DNA of 63,208 nt, counting the filler, from Chiloscyllium plagiosum (taxonomy: Eukaryota), in assembly GCF_004010195.1 (NCBI RefSeq). It is 4 parts of one record of this genome, joined end to end, with 100 filler letters (N's around TTAATTAATTAA, not from the genome) between each part and the next. Parts side by side here need not be neighbours in the genome. Positions count along the whole stretch, not along the records: positions 48,848 to 61,474 come from NC_057713.1; positions 61,575 to 63,208 come from NC_057713.1; 2 more parts are not named here. One strand, written 5' to 3'. The notes under the pieces are model-generated. The model did no database searches. It was not told the origin of the DNA and saw only the letters and a list, made by a program, of their open reading frames with translations. The first letter of the stretch is position 1. The number at the start of each line of letters is the position of its first letter. Both the position numbers and the translations under genes were made by a program. Positions 51,688 to 63,208 of the stretch are shown here, in pieces.

Positions 51688-53357
51688 ATGGGTGAGATAC
51701 TAAATGAATACTTCACGTCAGTATTCACTGTGGAGAAGGACCTGGAAGGTAGGGAACTTGGGGAAAGAAATAATGATGTCTTGAAAAGAGTTCATATTAC
51801 AGAAGAGCAGGTACTCGAGGACGTAAAATGCATGAAGGTAGATAAGTCCCTGGGGCCTGATCTGGAGTTTCCCAAAACTCGGTGGGAAGCTATGGAAGAG
51901 ATTGTGGGGCTCCTTGCTGAGATATTTTCATCATCAACAGCGACGGGTGAATAGCTGGAAAATTTGAGGGTGGTTAATGTGATACCATTATTTTGGAAAG
52001 CTTAGAAGGAATGGTCAGGGAACTACAAATCAGTGAGCCTTGTGTCAGTGGTGGATAAATTGTTAGAGGAGACTCAGAGGGACAGGATTTATCAGCATTG
52101 GAAAGGCAAGGACTGATTAGTGATGGTCAACGTGGCTTTGTGCATGGGAAATCATGTCTCACCAACTTGACTGAGTTTTTTGAAGAGGTGACAAAGAAAA
52201 TTGATGAAGGCAGAGTGGGAAATGTTGTCTACATGCACTTCAGCAAAGCATTTGACAAGGTTCTACATGGTAGACTGGTTAGTAAGGTTAGATTACATGG
52301 GATCTAGTGGGAGCTAGCCAAATGGATACAAAATTGACTTGAAGGTAGGAGACAGAGGGTGATGGTAGAAGGTTCCTTTTCGGATTGGATGCCTGTGACC
52401 AGTGGCATGCCACAAGGATTGGTGCTTGGTCAACTGATTTTTGTCATTTATATGAATGATTGGATGTAAATAGGAGGCATGGTTAGTGGGTAATACGCTG
52501 GATTATCTCAGAGTACAACGGGACTTTTATTAGATAGGCCTATGGGCTGAAGAGTGGCAGATGGAGATTAATTCAAATAAATGTGAGGTGTTGCATTTTG
52601 GTAAGGCAAATCAGGGCAGGACTAACACAGTTAATGCCTTACAGAGTAGGGCCCTGGGGAGTGCAGGCGCATATGTTCTTGAAGGTGGCTTCACAGGTAG
52701 ACAGGGCAGTGAAGAACGCATTTGGCACGCTTGTCTTCATTGGTCAAAACATTGAGTGTAGGAGTTGGGAGGTAATGTTGTGACTATATAGGACATTGGT
52801 AAGGCCACTTCTAGAATACTGCATACAATTCTAGTTGCCCTTCTATAGGAAGGATGTTGTTAAACTTGAGAGGGGTGCAGAAAAGATATATAAGGATGGT
52901 GCCGGGACTGAACAATTTGAGTTGTAGGGAAAGGCCGAATAGGCTGGGGCTTTTTTCCCTGGAGTACCAGAGGCTGAAGGGTGACCTTACGGAAATTTAT
53001 AAAATCATGAGGGGCATGGATAAGGTGAATATTCAAGGCCTTTTTCTCAGGTAGGGGAGTCCAAGACTAGAGAGCATAGGTTTAACATGAGAAGGAAGAA
53101 CTTTAAAAGGGCTGGAGGGGTAACTTTTTCACGCAGTGGGTGGGGTGTGTATGGCCCGAGCTGCCTGAGCAAGTGCTGGAGGTGGGTACAATCACAACAT
53201 TTAAAAGGCATCTGGATGGATATATGAATAAGAGGGGTTTAGAGGGATACATGCCAAATGCTAGCAAATGGGGCTAGGTCAGACTGGGAAATCTGGTCAG
53301 CAGTAACGAGTTGGGCCGAAGAGTCTGTTTGTGTGCTGTATGACTCTATGACTCTGA
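51688..53357 (+). mobile_element. HER1/CR1 LINE ORF2 (RT) to 3' tail, decayed
   Basis: MGEILNEYFTSVFTVE, GFVHGKSCLTNLTEFFEEV and FSKAFDKV motifs; (ATGACTCT)n tail. Confidence 0.9.
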
Positions 53358-53957
53358 GTTCAGGTTTGAACAGATGCAGAACCCCTATTTATATTACATG
53401 GCTCAGATTCAATTGGAAAGCTGGCCATCCTATTTCGGAGAAAGTGCTGCACATTTACATCACTCAAAAGCTATCACTCAAAAGTTAAAAATGTATAATA
53501 TTTAGACCACAGGTTGTGGATAATCTCTGCCCTATATGTTCAGGAAGTTCAGCAAGGTTCACAAATGTCCACCTTGCAAAGTAAGTTTGAGAATGGACTT
53601 AGACTAAATGTCAACCCACTTTCCAATTGAGTCTTGCTGCACATTGTTCAGATTGAGCCAAAACTATGAATTTACAATTTAGATTTAAGCTTTATCAGGA
53701 AGTAAAAATGACCACTTTTTAATTTTGACATGTAGCTATACATGAATATGCTGGATAAAAAAGGATTGTTTTGTAAAATCTACAACGAGCCTTAAAAGAA
53801 GTAGATGTTATTGTAAGACAAATATGAAAGCCACATTCTGCAACTGCATTGGTTGATCTGCTTATGTCATTTTCATAATTGGAGTAAAACATGAGCATAT
53901 CTATGACAATCAGCACAAACTACAGAGCATTCAGACCACCATCAAGAAATTACTTAC

Positions 53958-54020
53958 AAATAGGCTGAGAAATACATTGAAATAATCCACCAGGAGATCA
54001 TCTGTTACCAAGTAATCTTC
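53958..54020 (-). CDS. exon of an RGS22-like (regulator of G-protein signalling 22 family) gene
   Basis: Acceptor TTTTGTAACTTCCAG, 63 nt phase 0-0, donor GTAAGT. Encodes EDYLVTDDLLVDYFNVFLSLF versus EDSLATDDFLVDYFNEFLSLP recalled for the human RGS22 N-terminus. Confidence 0.78.
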
Positions 54021-54130
54021 CTGGAAGTTACAAAAGAAAGAATTATAAATGACTAGGGTAGGATTCTCTCTCTTTCTCTCTCTCTGTCTCTCTCTCTCCC
54101 CCTCTTTTTCCCTCTCCCCCACCCTCCCAC

Positions 54131-54162
54131 CATTCTTTGTTCAGTTGTAGTGGTCTCCTGTG
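54131..54162 (-). CDS. candidate preceding micro-exon of the RGS22-like gene
   Basis: CATTTAG acceptor, 32 nt phase 1-0 (xQETTTTEQRM), weak GTGGGA donor, 110-nt intron. Position matches RGS22 EPPTITEEEF. Confidence 0.4.
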
Positions 54163-54734
54163 CTAAATGTTCATTCCAGTATCTCAATGAATGAATGAAC
54201 ATACAAAAAACTAAGCACTCATTTTAAAAGAACATTTATAGAAAGGACATTTTGAGCACAATGAGGTGTGGGCTGTTTGACTCTGGAATCTTTAAATATA
54301 TTCATTCATGTGATGAAGGGATCACTGGTTAGGTGAGCCTTTATTGTCTATCCTTAATGGCCAGATAACTGAGTGACTTGCTGGACCATTTCAAAGGGCA
54401 AGTGAGAATTATCCACATTACAAAAGAGTCATGTGTAGGCTAGACCAGACCATAATGACTCAGATAGGTTCTTACAATAATTGGCAAAGGTTATATGGTC
54501 ACCATTAGTGTGTAGCTTTTATTCCAAATTTTAATGAATTCAAATTTCACCATCTGCCATGGTAAGATTCAAACTTATTCCCCAGAGCATTAGTTGAGAT
54601 TTTGGATTACTAGACCAGTGACATTACCACAACACTCACCCCTACTTGTCTCTCACTTTTGAGTCCACCAGTATCAGAGAGATACATTGAGCCAGATTTT
54701 CCGAGAACTGGCAATCTCCTACATTGGAATCAAG

Positions 54735-54915
54735 TTTAGAGTAGTGCTGGAAAAGCACAGCAGGTCAGGTAGCAGCCAAGGAGCAGAAAAATCAACGTTT
54801 CAGGCAAAGGCCTTCATCAGAAATGAAGCTCATCTGATGCTGCCTGACCTGCTGTGCTTTCCCAGCACTATTCTAATCTTGACTCTATTCTCTAGCGTCT
54901 GCAGTACCCATTTTT
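54735..54915. mobile_element. Penelope-derived inverted-repeat element
   Basis: GTGCTGGAAAAGCACAGCAGGTCAGG mirrored by CCTGACCTGCTGTGCTTTCCCAGCAC. Confidence 0.75.
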
Positions 54916-55544
54916 GCCCAATCTCGTACATTGGCCCTTCCTTGTTATGAAAGAAGGAGGCACCTTTCTGAGAGGAGATTGACTCAGGCCTCCTTAGGAA
55001 ATATGGAACCATACTTCTGTTTTGACAGTTCCACGTAGTACAGAACTGTCAAATGACAAACCATGCACACTTTTCACAGCAGTCATCTGCAATATTCTGT
55101 CTTTGAAGATCCTGACAGCCACTTTGAGAGCTGCTTTCAAACCACAAGTAAATAAGGCAAGTGTGATGATGGGGTACAGGGAGGGACGTTTGCCAGATGG
55201 GAAAGGGTGTCAAGTAGGCATGGTGCCGGAGGAAAACATCTTTAAACTGAATATTTTCTAATCAACCTGTTCAGGGATGTTATTACACAGCTCTGGAGTT
55301 GGTGGGACTTGAACATAGACCTTCTGGCTCCAAGGTAGGGATATTATCATTGCCCACATTTAACTAGATTTTTTAAAAATTCAACCTGTACAGGGATCTT
55401 ATACATATACCATTAACCAAAATGAACTAATTAATAACCAATATCTTATTACCTCATAAACATGCAAAACATAAATATAATGATTGACAGGGAAAAAAGC
55501 AGTTTTGTATTACCAGTCCAACTCATCTATTCTACAGTATGCAC

Positions 55545-56312
55545 TCTTAATTAAACAAGGAAAGATATACTGACATTGGAGATGGTCCAGAGAATGTTCA
55601 TTAGGCTGAGATGAGGTATGGGGGACTGATTTATGAGGAGATCTTTGAGTAGATTGGGTCTATACTCAGTTCAATATAGGAGTATAATAGATGATCTGAT
55701 TGAAACGAAAACAGAAATGGCAGGAAAATCTCAACAGGTCTGAGGAGAGAAATCACAGTTAGGGATCAAGTAACCTACTTCAGATAGCTTGGAAAATGCT
55801 GGTTTATGTGCAGACGATAGGATGGGGGGAGCAGGTATGGAGTAAATGATAAGTGGAGATGGAGCCCAAAGAGAGAGAAGAATAGTTGGACGGACAAAAG
55901 GGTTGGTAACGGTCAGCCTAGGAGCATGAATAGTGACTAATGGGGACTATTACTCGATAACAATGGGTTGTTATTCATACAGGATTTTACAGGGTAGATG
56001 CGGGAAGGCTGTTTCCTCTTGTAAGAGAGTTTAGGACCAGATGGCATAATCTCAGAATATTTAAGACACAGATAAGGAAGAGTTGCTTTTCTCAGAGGGT
56101 TGTGAATATGTCAAATTCTTTACATAGAGCGGTGCTGAAGCCGGAACATTAAGTGCATTCAAGGCTGAGATAAACATAATTTTAATCTGAGAGGGAATCA
56201 AAGGAAATGGCAGGAAAGTGGAGTTGAGGATCATCAACCGTGATCACACTGAATGGCAGAGCAGACTTGATGGGCTGAATGTCCTATATCTGGTCCTATG
56301 TCTTATTGTCTT
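55545..56312 (+). mobile_element. old CR1 3' fragment with a PLE-like insertion at about 55705-55975
   Basis: CR1 3' UTR landmarks (GAATGGCAGAGCAGACTTGATGGGCTGAAT...CCTATGTCTTAT). Confidence 0.6.
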
Positions 56313-56783
56313 ATTCTGGTTCTCAGCTAAAGATTCCTCAAACCTATTGGCCAATTGCAAAGTCTGAGGTTCTTCCACTTCCTGGGTTCCATACCTCCTC
56401 TACTCATAGTCACAGCCTCTCATGTCTGAACACTGATCAAATCAGAAGACTACGCCATAAAGAGATGTGTCCCTGATGTGCTGCAGTGTGTGCAGCTCAA
56501 CCTCCAAATCATAAACTCTGAGCCAAAGTTCCACAAGCCCACAAACTCTCACCACAGAAATGTTTGTGCTGCATCACATCACTCTAACATCAAGGAGTTC
56601 CCACATCCTGGGACCTGGTCTGATTTATTGGGATTCTATTAACATCCTCTTGGCAAGATTGCAGATTTAGGACTGTTCCTAATTTCGTCTGTGCAACATC
56701 GAACTCTACATATGTAAACACTCCTTACATATATTTAAAAGCTCTGGCCCAAGATCAAAATTTGAATTCCTTCATAATTTTAC

Positions 56784-56831
56784 CTTTCAGAAACTTGTCA
56801 ACTGCTTCAGATATTCCCAAGAGGAAATTAT
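56784..56831 (-). CDS. candidate upstream exon of the RGS22-like gene
   Basis: TAG acceptor, 48 nt phase 1-1 (xNFLLGISEAVDKFLK), AAG|GTAAAA donor. Supported only by phase compatibility. Confidence 0.25.
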
Positions 56832-57062
56832 CTACATGTATTAAGAAAATTCCTTCTAGTTCTGCTTTTAGCAGAATACAACCAATAGGACAGACCTAAC
56901 TGAAAACAAATCACACCTGGGAGGCATAGTTTGGCCCCATAGAGACTTGTTTAGCCTCCATATAACGGAGGTTTTAAAAATAATTTGTTTTGAAATTATT
57001 CCCTTTGCAAAGATATTGTTTTGGCATCATTGGACATACATTCCCTGGAATATCAATACAAG

Positions 57063-57368
57063 TGGGCAGCACGGTGGCACAGTGGTTAGCACTGCTGCCT
57101 CACAGTGCCAGAGACCCGGGTTCACTTCCCGACTCAGGCGACTGACTGTGTGGAGTTTGCACATTCTCCTCGTGTCTGTGTGGGTTTCCTCCGGGTGCTC
57201 CGGTTGCCTCCCAAAGATGTGCACGTCAGGTGAATTGGCCATGCTAAATTGCCTGTAGTGTTAGGTAAAGGGGTAAATGTAGGGGAATGGGTGGGTTACG
57301 CTTCGGCGGGTCGGTGTGGACTTGTTGGGCCGAAGGGCCTGTTTCCACACTGTAAGTAATCTAATCTA
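57063..57368 (+). mobile_element. HE1-type SINE
   Basis: Full-length copy; AAGTG flanks both ends (possible TSD). Confidence 0.9.
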
Positions 57369-57389
57369 AAGTGCTTGAGAAAGGCTCAT

Positions 57390-59120
57390 ACTTACAATTC
57401 CCCCTGCTCAGTCTATTCTTACTTCCTGAGTTGTTGATCAAGTCTCTGGGCTTCATGTCAGGCCTTAGTTTTACATGCACCACTGACAAGTACTTGCTCT
57501 GTTCATATTCATCTATATGACACTATTGACAATCCTTTACATGATACCTCTATAAACTCTTGCTAACTCATAGGATCTTTTTCTTTTGCCTCCTTTACCA
57601 ATTTAGCACTTAACTTGTTGGTAGCCACTGGAGTTTCTCTACTGTAAAGAATATTTCTTGTGGCTCTCTTGACCAGTTCTTTGATCCTTGCTATTGTTAA
57701 CTTTCTTCTCTTACTAAACCTCCTGTCACTGTCTGGACTAACACTGCTCGATCTGTTTCCCCTTGTAACCAGACTTCCTTTCACAAGATCTTGATCTTTT
57801 CTTACAGCTTTGTCTAAACTTAAATGTCATTTATTGGCTTTCCACATTTTTACTTCATTCTAATATTCTTCATGTCTGATATTCTGCCCCTTGTATGTTC
57901 AGCCAGTTTTTGTACTTCTCTGGGAGCTTTTCTGCCCTTCTAACTCACTCTTGTTTTATCTGGTTTTGTCAGTTTAGTTAGTCTCAACTTTTGATGTTAG
58001 ATCTTTGTGATAGTAGCCTTATCCTGATTGTCACTATCAATTGGTTCACTCTGTTAGCCTATTATCTGCAACAATCTGTTCTCCATAAAGGTCCAATTTT
58101 GCATGAATGCATGTATATATTGAAGGTTCAGTTACACATAAGCAGAACTAGAATATCTGATGGAATCAGTGCCAGTAAGCCATATTGAATACACTTGATT
58201 GGATGGTTACCATGTTCAAGATTATCATTTTGCTATCAGTGTCTGTCACATGTCCTGGGTCACACCATTACTTTTGTCCTTCCCTCTTGAAATGTCTTCC
58301 CAGGATAAAAATTACTTTCAAACAGCCTGATAAGAATATCCCAAAGCTCTTCTGAACATAAGCAGCATTCAAGTGTTCTGCAAAAGCTGAGTGAATTCTA
58401 ATCCCTGTGAAAGCTCAGGAGTGGTTTATGTGATTTAAGGTATTTTCAGATTCCTTTCATAAGTTAATTGACAGGTGTTGTAAAGAGCAACTATCTGAAG
58501 TTTGACTTTTTTGCATGTACTGCTAATGCTAAAAGAGTTGTCAATTCTAAAATTCATTTTTCAGAATATTTTGTCAATCATGATTTCTCTCACAAATCCC
58601 ATAATTATAAGGACTTTCTGCTGTTGTGTGTATTGCTTCACTGTTCAGACTTTCACACATACTCCTGAATTCTTTATTGGCAAATTCTCCTCCATTATCC
58701 ATTAAGAATTTAGCCAGTGCTTCCAACCCTGATCCATCTTCCCATTATTTTGTGTGTAATTTTCTTCTTCTGTTTAATGTTGACAGATTAATTCTAGTCA
58801 CTATGTCCACAAAATGTAGAAGAAAAATATTTTTTGGGTTAACCCCAATCTTGAGGTCCACTATTACATTTTGATTAAGTTTTACAGCAGTGGGAGATTT
58901 ACCTCAGATCATGATGGTGTTCTCCAATTTTTTTTGACAAACATCACATCTTTTATGAATAGTTTTGATATATTCAGTACGTTTCTCACTTAGTATTACT
59001 GTATCCTTTGTTTTGAAAGTGTTTTTTATTTAACACTGACTGGAAAACTTCTGTTTTGAACTATGTTAGAAAATTAATTTATTTCAAAATTCATGGCCAT
59101 ATCTGCAGTGGTTGCTTTTA
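57390..59120 (-). mobile_element. degenerate Ty1/Copia LTR retrotransposon pol (integrase followed by RT start)
   Basis: Minus strand: HKRCDVCQK, NVIVDLK...HFVD, FLMDNGGEFANKEFRSMCE...TAESPYNYGICERNH; further downstream KYKNWLNIQ and KEAKEK...TEQVLVSGACKTKA (RT N-terminus). Integrase precedes RT. Confidence 0.78.
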
Positions 59121-59264
59121 AAAAGTATATAATTGTACGTTTGCTGTGGACATTGGAATTTTTATTTATTATTTTTTAAAACCCTATAAAGCATATGACA
59201 TGCTACTGCTTGCTTTGCTGTAGACCATTGCTAGGTCTGTTTTTGAACAGTGACTTGCTTGAAG

Positions 59265-59482
59265 AAAGTTAAAAATCACACAAGACCAGGTTATATTCCA
59301 ACAGGTTTAACTGGAAGCACTAGCTTTCAGAGCGCTGCTCATCACCTGATGAAACAGCAGCGCTCTGAGAGCTAGTGCTTCCAGAAGATAGTGTTTCCAG
59401 TTAAGCCTGTTGGACTATAACCTGGTGTTGTGCAATTTTTAACTTTGTACACCCCAGTCCAATACTGGCATCTCCAAATCAT
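59265..59482. mobile_element. Penelope-derived inverted-repeat element
   Basis: AAAGTTAAAAATCACACAAGACCAGGTTATA mirrored by TATAACCTGGTGTTGTGCAATTTTTAACTTT; central CTGATGA. TGCTTGAAGAA occurs on both flanks. Confidence 0.8.
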
Positions 59483-59938
59483 TGCTTGAAGAAGTTCTTG
59501 TTTTGTATGGTTCAGTTCAAGGAAAGCCTAAGAACGATAAGTGTTGTTAAGAACAAACTGCCGACTGATAATCCTCACTTCTGAAAAAAAACATCTTGTT
59601 GCATTCAGGATGGAACCTACTTGTTCTTTAGAAAGAGTGATTCAGAAACAGCTCAAGGTCACATTTCTGGAACATGGTGTCTGCAAAACTTCAAAGATAA
59701 CTGTGAGTGATTAGTGATTTGACCATCTGTGCCAGAACATCAAAGCAACAAACTCAGGAACATTGTGCACTTTATTCTTTTGTTTTCAAGAAAAACATCT
59801 AATGGCCAAAGTGATCATTTTCTCCTCAGAAAGAAAATCTCTGCAGAGAATTTTTTTTCCTCTTTCTCCAAAAATTGTATATTTGCATGTGTGTTTTGGG
59901 GACATTGAGTATTTATAATTTGATTTACCATTGTGTGT

Positions 59939-60598
59939 TGTTATAGACCAGACCAAATCCCCTCAAAATATATTTAAAAGATAGTCTCGAAATTAATTTT
60001 TTCTTACGTTAAAGGTAAGTGTAAGATGTTGCATTCCAGAAGCAATTCAACTGGTAAAACTACGAGATATGAAGCAAAACACACTTCATTCATACATTAT
60101 AAGTAAAATACAACAAAAGAAAGAAGTAATTGGAATAACAACTTTAGTGGAAAACTTAACAAAATAATAGATAATTAAGTATTATTAATTACCTGTTCCA
60201 AAATAATAACACCCTGTAAACACAACCTTGAAAAAAGGCAAATTCTGTAAAACAGATTGTCTCACATACAACTCTAATCCAGGAGGAAAAACATCCAAGA
60301 GAAAACTCAGAGAGAGAGAGAGAGAGAGTAGCAAGTTGAGATACACTGCAGCTTCCACCCAGCTTCAAGACCCAGCAATAACTGCTATTGAAAAATGAAA
60401 TCTAAAAATCCTGGTTCCGTGGGAGCTTGACCCCACCCATTTAGACTACTTCTATTGTTCCAATATTAAAAAAATAACCTAAGGCCTCACTGTTTACTCT
60501 TGTGGTTCCGTGCAGATTGCTCTGCACCTCTACCCGAAAACCTCTCTTCAAATAAAACCAGGACAAAATACACTTCTTAAAGAAATAGTATCATAACA
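59939..60598 (-). mobile_element. Gypsy-type solo LTR nested in an older LTR
   Basis: TGTTAT...ATAACA inverted termini and a 4-bp GTGT target-site duplication; 660 bp. Confidence 0.85.
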
Positions 60599-61210
60599 GT
60601 GTATTAACCTATTATTGCAACATTATTGAATACATTTTGCATTGATAACAATTCAAAGTTTGTTCTTACTAAGAAACCTGGTCAGTAGATCTTACTGTTT
60701 AAAACCTGATTGGTAAGATATTTTCTTATAGTTATCTTGGTATCTGAACAAATATTTTCATTTTACACAGTGACCTGTGGAGGTATGGGACCAGTGAGTT
60801 TTCTCCAGCATTGGTCTGAACATGTGTTACAGTAACAAAATGGATTTTCAAACTGTTAATGTAGTTTTGAAATAATTTGCTTCTTCCCTTTTAAATCCCC
60901 ATCCTTAAATGCCAATTATACATTCTTAATCGAAAAGTGAGGCCTTGTTACGGGAATGTGATAGTGTCCCATGACAGCTACTGCTGGGTCTATGGGTGAG
61001 CCCTTTCAAGTTTTCAAAAACCAGGTTTTGACCATGATTGATGTCTGGGTCATTAACATTGTTAGGGCTGGGTTAGAAACTAAAACTACGTTACTTGTCA
61101 ATTTGTGGCACTGGTTTCAAATGAAACATAATGTGCATGAGCAAAACAAATAAAAAGTCCAAACTGTGTAAACTGCAAATCTACATTTTTCCCCTGGTCA
61201 ATCATTTTAC

Positions 61211-61229
61211 CTTGATCCAGACTTTCCAT
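61211..61229 (-). CDS. candidate first coding exon of the RGS22-like gene (MESLDQ)
   Basis: ATG GAA AGT CTG GAT CAA G|GTAAAA; phase 1 fits the 56784-56831 and 54131-54162 candidates. No homology support. Confidence 0.2.
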
Positions 61230-61256
61230 TTGGGTCTTTCACGTGGATGATTTACT

Positions 61257-61474
61257 TAGAGTCATAGAGTCATAGAGATATACAGCATGGAAACAGACCC
61301 TTCGGTCCAACCCGTCCATGCCAACCAGATATCCCAACCTAATCTAGTCCCACCTGCCAGCACCCGGTCCATATCCCTCCAAACCCTTCCGATTCATATA
61401 CCCATCCAAATGCCTCTTAAATGTTGCAATTGTACCAGCCTCCACCACATCCTCTGGCAGCTCATTCCATACAC
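61257..61474 (-). mobile_element. HER1/CR1 LINE 3' end, cut by a gap
   Basis: (AGAGTCAT)n tail and 3' UTR as at 13704. Confidence 0.88.
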
Positions 61475-61574
61475 NNNNNNNNNNNNNNNNNNNNNNNNNN
61501 NNNNNNNNNNNNNNNNNNTTAATTAATTAANNNNNNNNNNNNNNNNNNNNNNNNNNNNNNNNNNNNNNNNNNNN
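61475..61574. other. assembly gap with linker
   Basis: 44 N + TTAATTAATTAA + 44 N. Confidence 0.98.
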
Positions 61575-62121
61575 ATCTGTTGATGAAATTGCGAGGATAT
61601 CCGTTTTTGGCGAATACCTTGTACAGGTGTTCCTCTTCCTCTTTTTGCAGTTCTGGTGTATATAGGACAAACAGGAAGACAGCTAACGATCTGCATCCAC
61701 GAACATCAACTAGCCACGAAATGACACGACCAGCTATCCCTAGTAGCCACACACGTAGACGACAAGCAACATGAATTTGACTGGGACAACACTACCATTA
61801 TAGGGCAAGCCAAACAAAGAACAGCCAGGGAATTCCTAGAAGAATGGCACTCATCCACAAACTCCATCAACAAACACATCGACCTGGACCCAATATACCG
61901 GCCACTACAGCGGACAGCTAAAACTGACAACCGGAAGCAGCAGGGAAAGGCCATTATAAATGCCGGAGGAAACACCACAGCAGCACTTCACAGGAGGCTC
62001 CCAAGCACTGAGGATGTCACCTAGACAGGGGACGAAACGTTTGCAACAAAAACTTCCAGCTTGGCGAACAGAACTACAACAACGAGCACCCGAGCTACAA
62101 ATCTTCTCCCAAACTTTGAAC
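61575..62121 (+). mobile_element. Penelope/Poseidon-like element 3' part with an inverted 5' segment
   Basis: 61575-61660 minus strand TPELQKEEEEHLYKVFAKNGYPRNFINR; from 61660 plus strand GIY-YIG IGQTGRQL...HEH...FDWDNTTII...REFLEEWHS...SINKHIDLDPIY. Confidence 0.85.
62005..62044 (+). ncRNA. minimal type I hammerhead ribozyme in the PLE terminal repeat
   Basis: gca-CTGAGGA-t-gtcacct(agac)aggggac-GAAA-cg-TT-tgc: CUGANGA and GAAA cores, stem II, and a 3-bp stem I. Confidence 0.7.
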
Positions 62122-62504
62122 TCTCCTTAATCTCCAACAAGAAGAGCACATCACTCTACTAAAGACCATCTTTGCACCTTAATAATGTACAGACCCAGAA
62201 AATAGCACAGTCTCACTCCTCTATAAAACACTGTGCCAGACTAAATTAGTCCCACACACACACACACACACTGAATGCTGGAATTAAGGGAAGGCAGTGG
62301 TACTGCGATAAAGTCACCAGACACAGGACCCTAGATTATTTTTGGAGGGACATAGAAATGGTAAAAGTAATATTCAATGCAAATCTGAAATGAACAATTA
62401 ACAAGCTTTCTTGATGGTGACCATGTAAGCACTGTCGATTGAACCCATCTCTTTGATGAAGAATCATCTAGACGTGAAACAACTGCTTACTTTCTCTCCA
62501 TGGA

Positions 62505-62843
62505 TGAATCATAGAATCCCTGCAGTGTGAGTGCAGGCCATTCAGTCCATCGAGTCCACACTGAGCTACTAAAGGGTATGTCATCCAAACCCACTCTCCT
62601 TCTCCTGTAACCCTTCATTCCTCTTGGCTAACCAACAGGTTCCTGGACATTATGGGGTAATTTAGCATGATCAATCTACCTAACTTGCACACCTTTGGAC
62701 TATGGGAGGAAACTGGAGCAAACCCACACAGACACAAGAAGAATGTGCAAACTCCACACAGACAGTCACCCAAAGGGTGGAATCAAACCCAGGTCCCTGG
62801 CGCTATGAGGCAGTAGTGTTAACTACTGCGCCACTGTGCCACC
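62505..62843 (-). mobile_element. HE1-related SINE
   Basis: Reverse complement of the tRNA-like head and SINE body. Confidence 0.75.
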
Positions 62844-63208
62844 TGACCTGCAGTGATCTCCAGCATTTCTTTTTCAGTCCATCTGGTTCACTAATGTCTT
62901 TTAGGGAAGGAAGCTGCCATCCTTACCTGGTATGGTTTATATGTGACTCCAGACCCACAGCAATGTAGCTGACTCTTAACTGCCCTCTGGGCAATTAGGA
63001 ATGGACAATAAATGCTGGTTTAGGCAATGGCACCCGCATCTGATGAATGAATCAAAAAATCTCATTGAAAGTTATCAAAATTTTATATTAATCTATAGTA
63101 TTGTACAATAATGAACAGGGTTTTCTCTTTATTCTGCAAAGTGGCTATTTGGAGAGTGATCTTATTTCAGTCATCAGAACATAGAGTCTCTCTTTTACAA
63201 ATATCAAT

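Noticed and set aside
57563..57784. Arg/Ser/Lys-rich ORF as a host gene
   Set aside because: It is the integrase-RT linker of the decayed Copia element.

Overview
This is eukaryotic, repeat-dense genomic DNA from a cartilaginous fish (shark), judged from the HE1-type SINEs, HER1/CR1-type LINEs and SacSINE1-like SINEs. Three 100-bp assembly gaps carry a TTAATTAATTAA linker, so adjacency across them is unproven. Most of the window is decayed transposable-element sequence: CR1/L2 LINEs, SINEs, Penelope-like elements with minimal hammerhead ribozymes, two Gypsy elements, a Copia element, L1/Tx1 fragments and solo LTRs. The only host-gene signal is a minus-strand RGS22-like gene. One exon is clearly recognisable (53958-54020); several other exon-like segments look decayed, so it may be a pseudogenised paralogue. 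Four observations stand out: (1) three Tx1-clade LINE 3' ends stacked at the same GACACTCCTG motif beside the TATA box of a Gypsy LTR, one apparently carrying transduced LTR sequence, which suggests a site-specific LINE that targets an LTR retrotransposon; (2) a young fish-type endogenous retrovirus with an open env TM frame and a CpG-rich LTR built from GTCACGTGAC/E2F/ETS tandem units; (3) a tRNA-Glu/CR1-tail chimeric retrocopy; (4) an apparently intact minimal hammerhead ribozyme. Family names come from recognising motifs by eye, not from database searches, and repeat boundaries are approximate.
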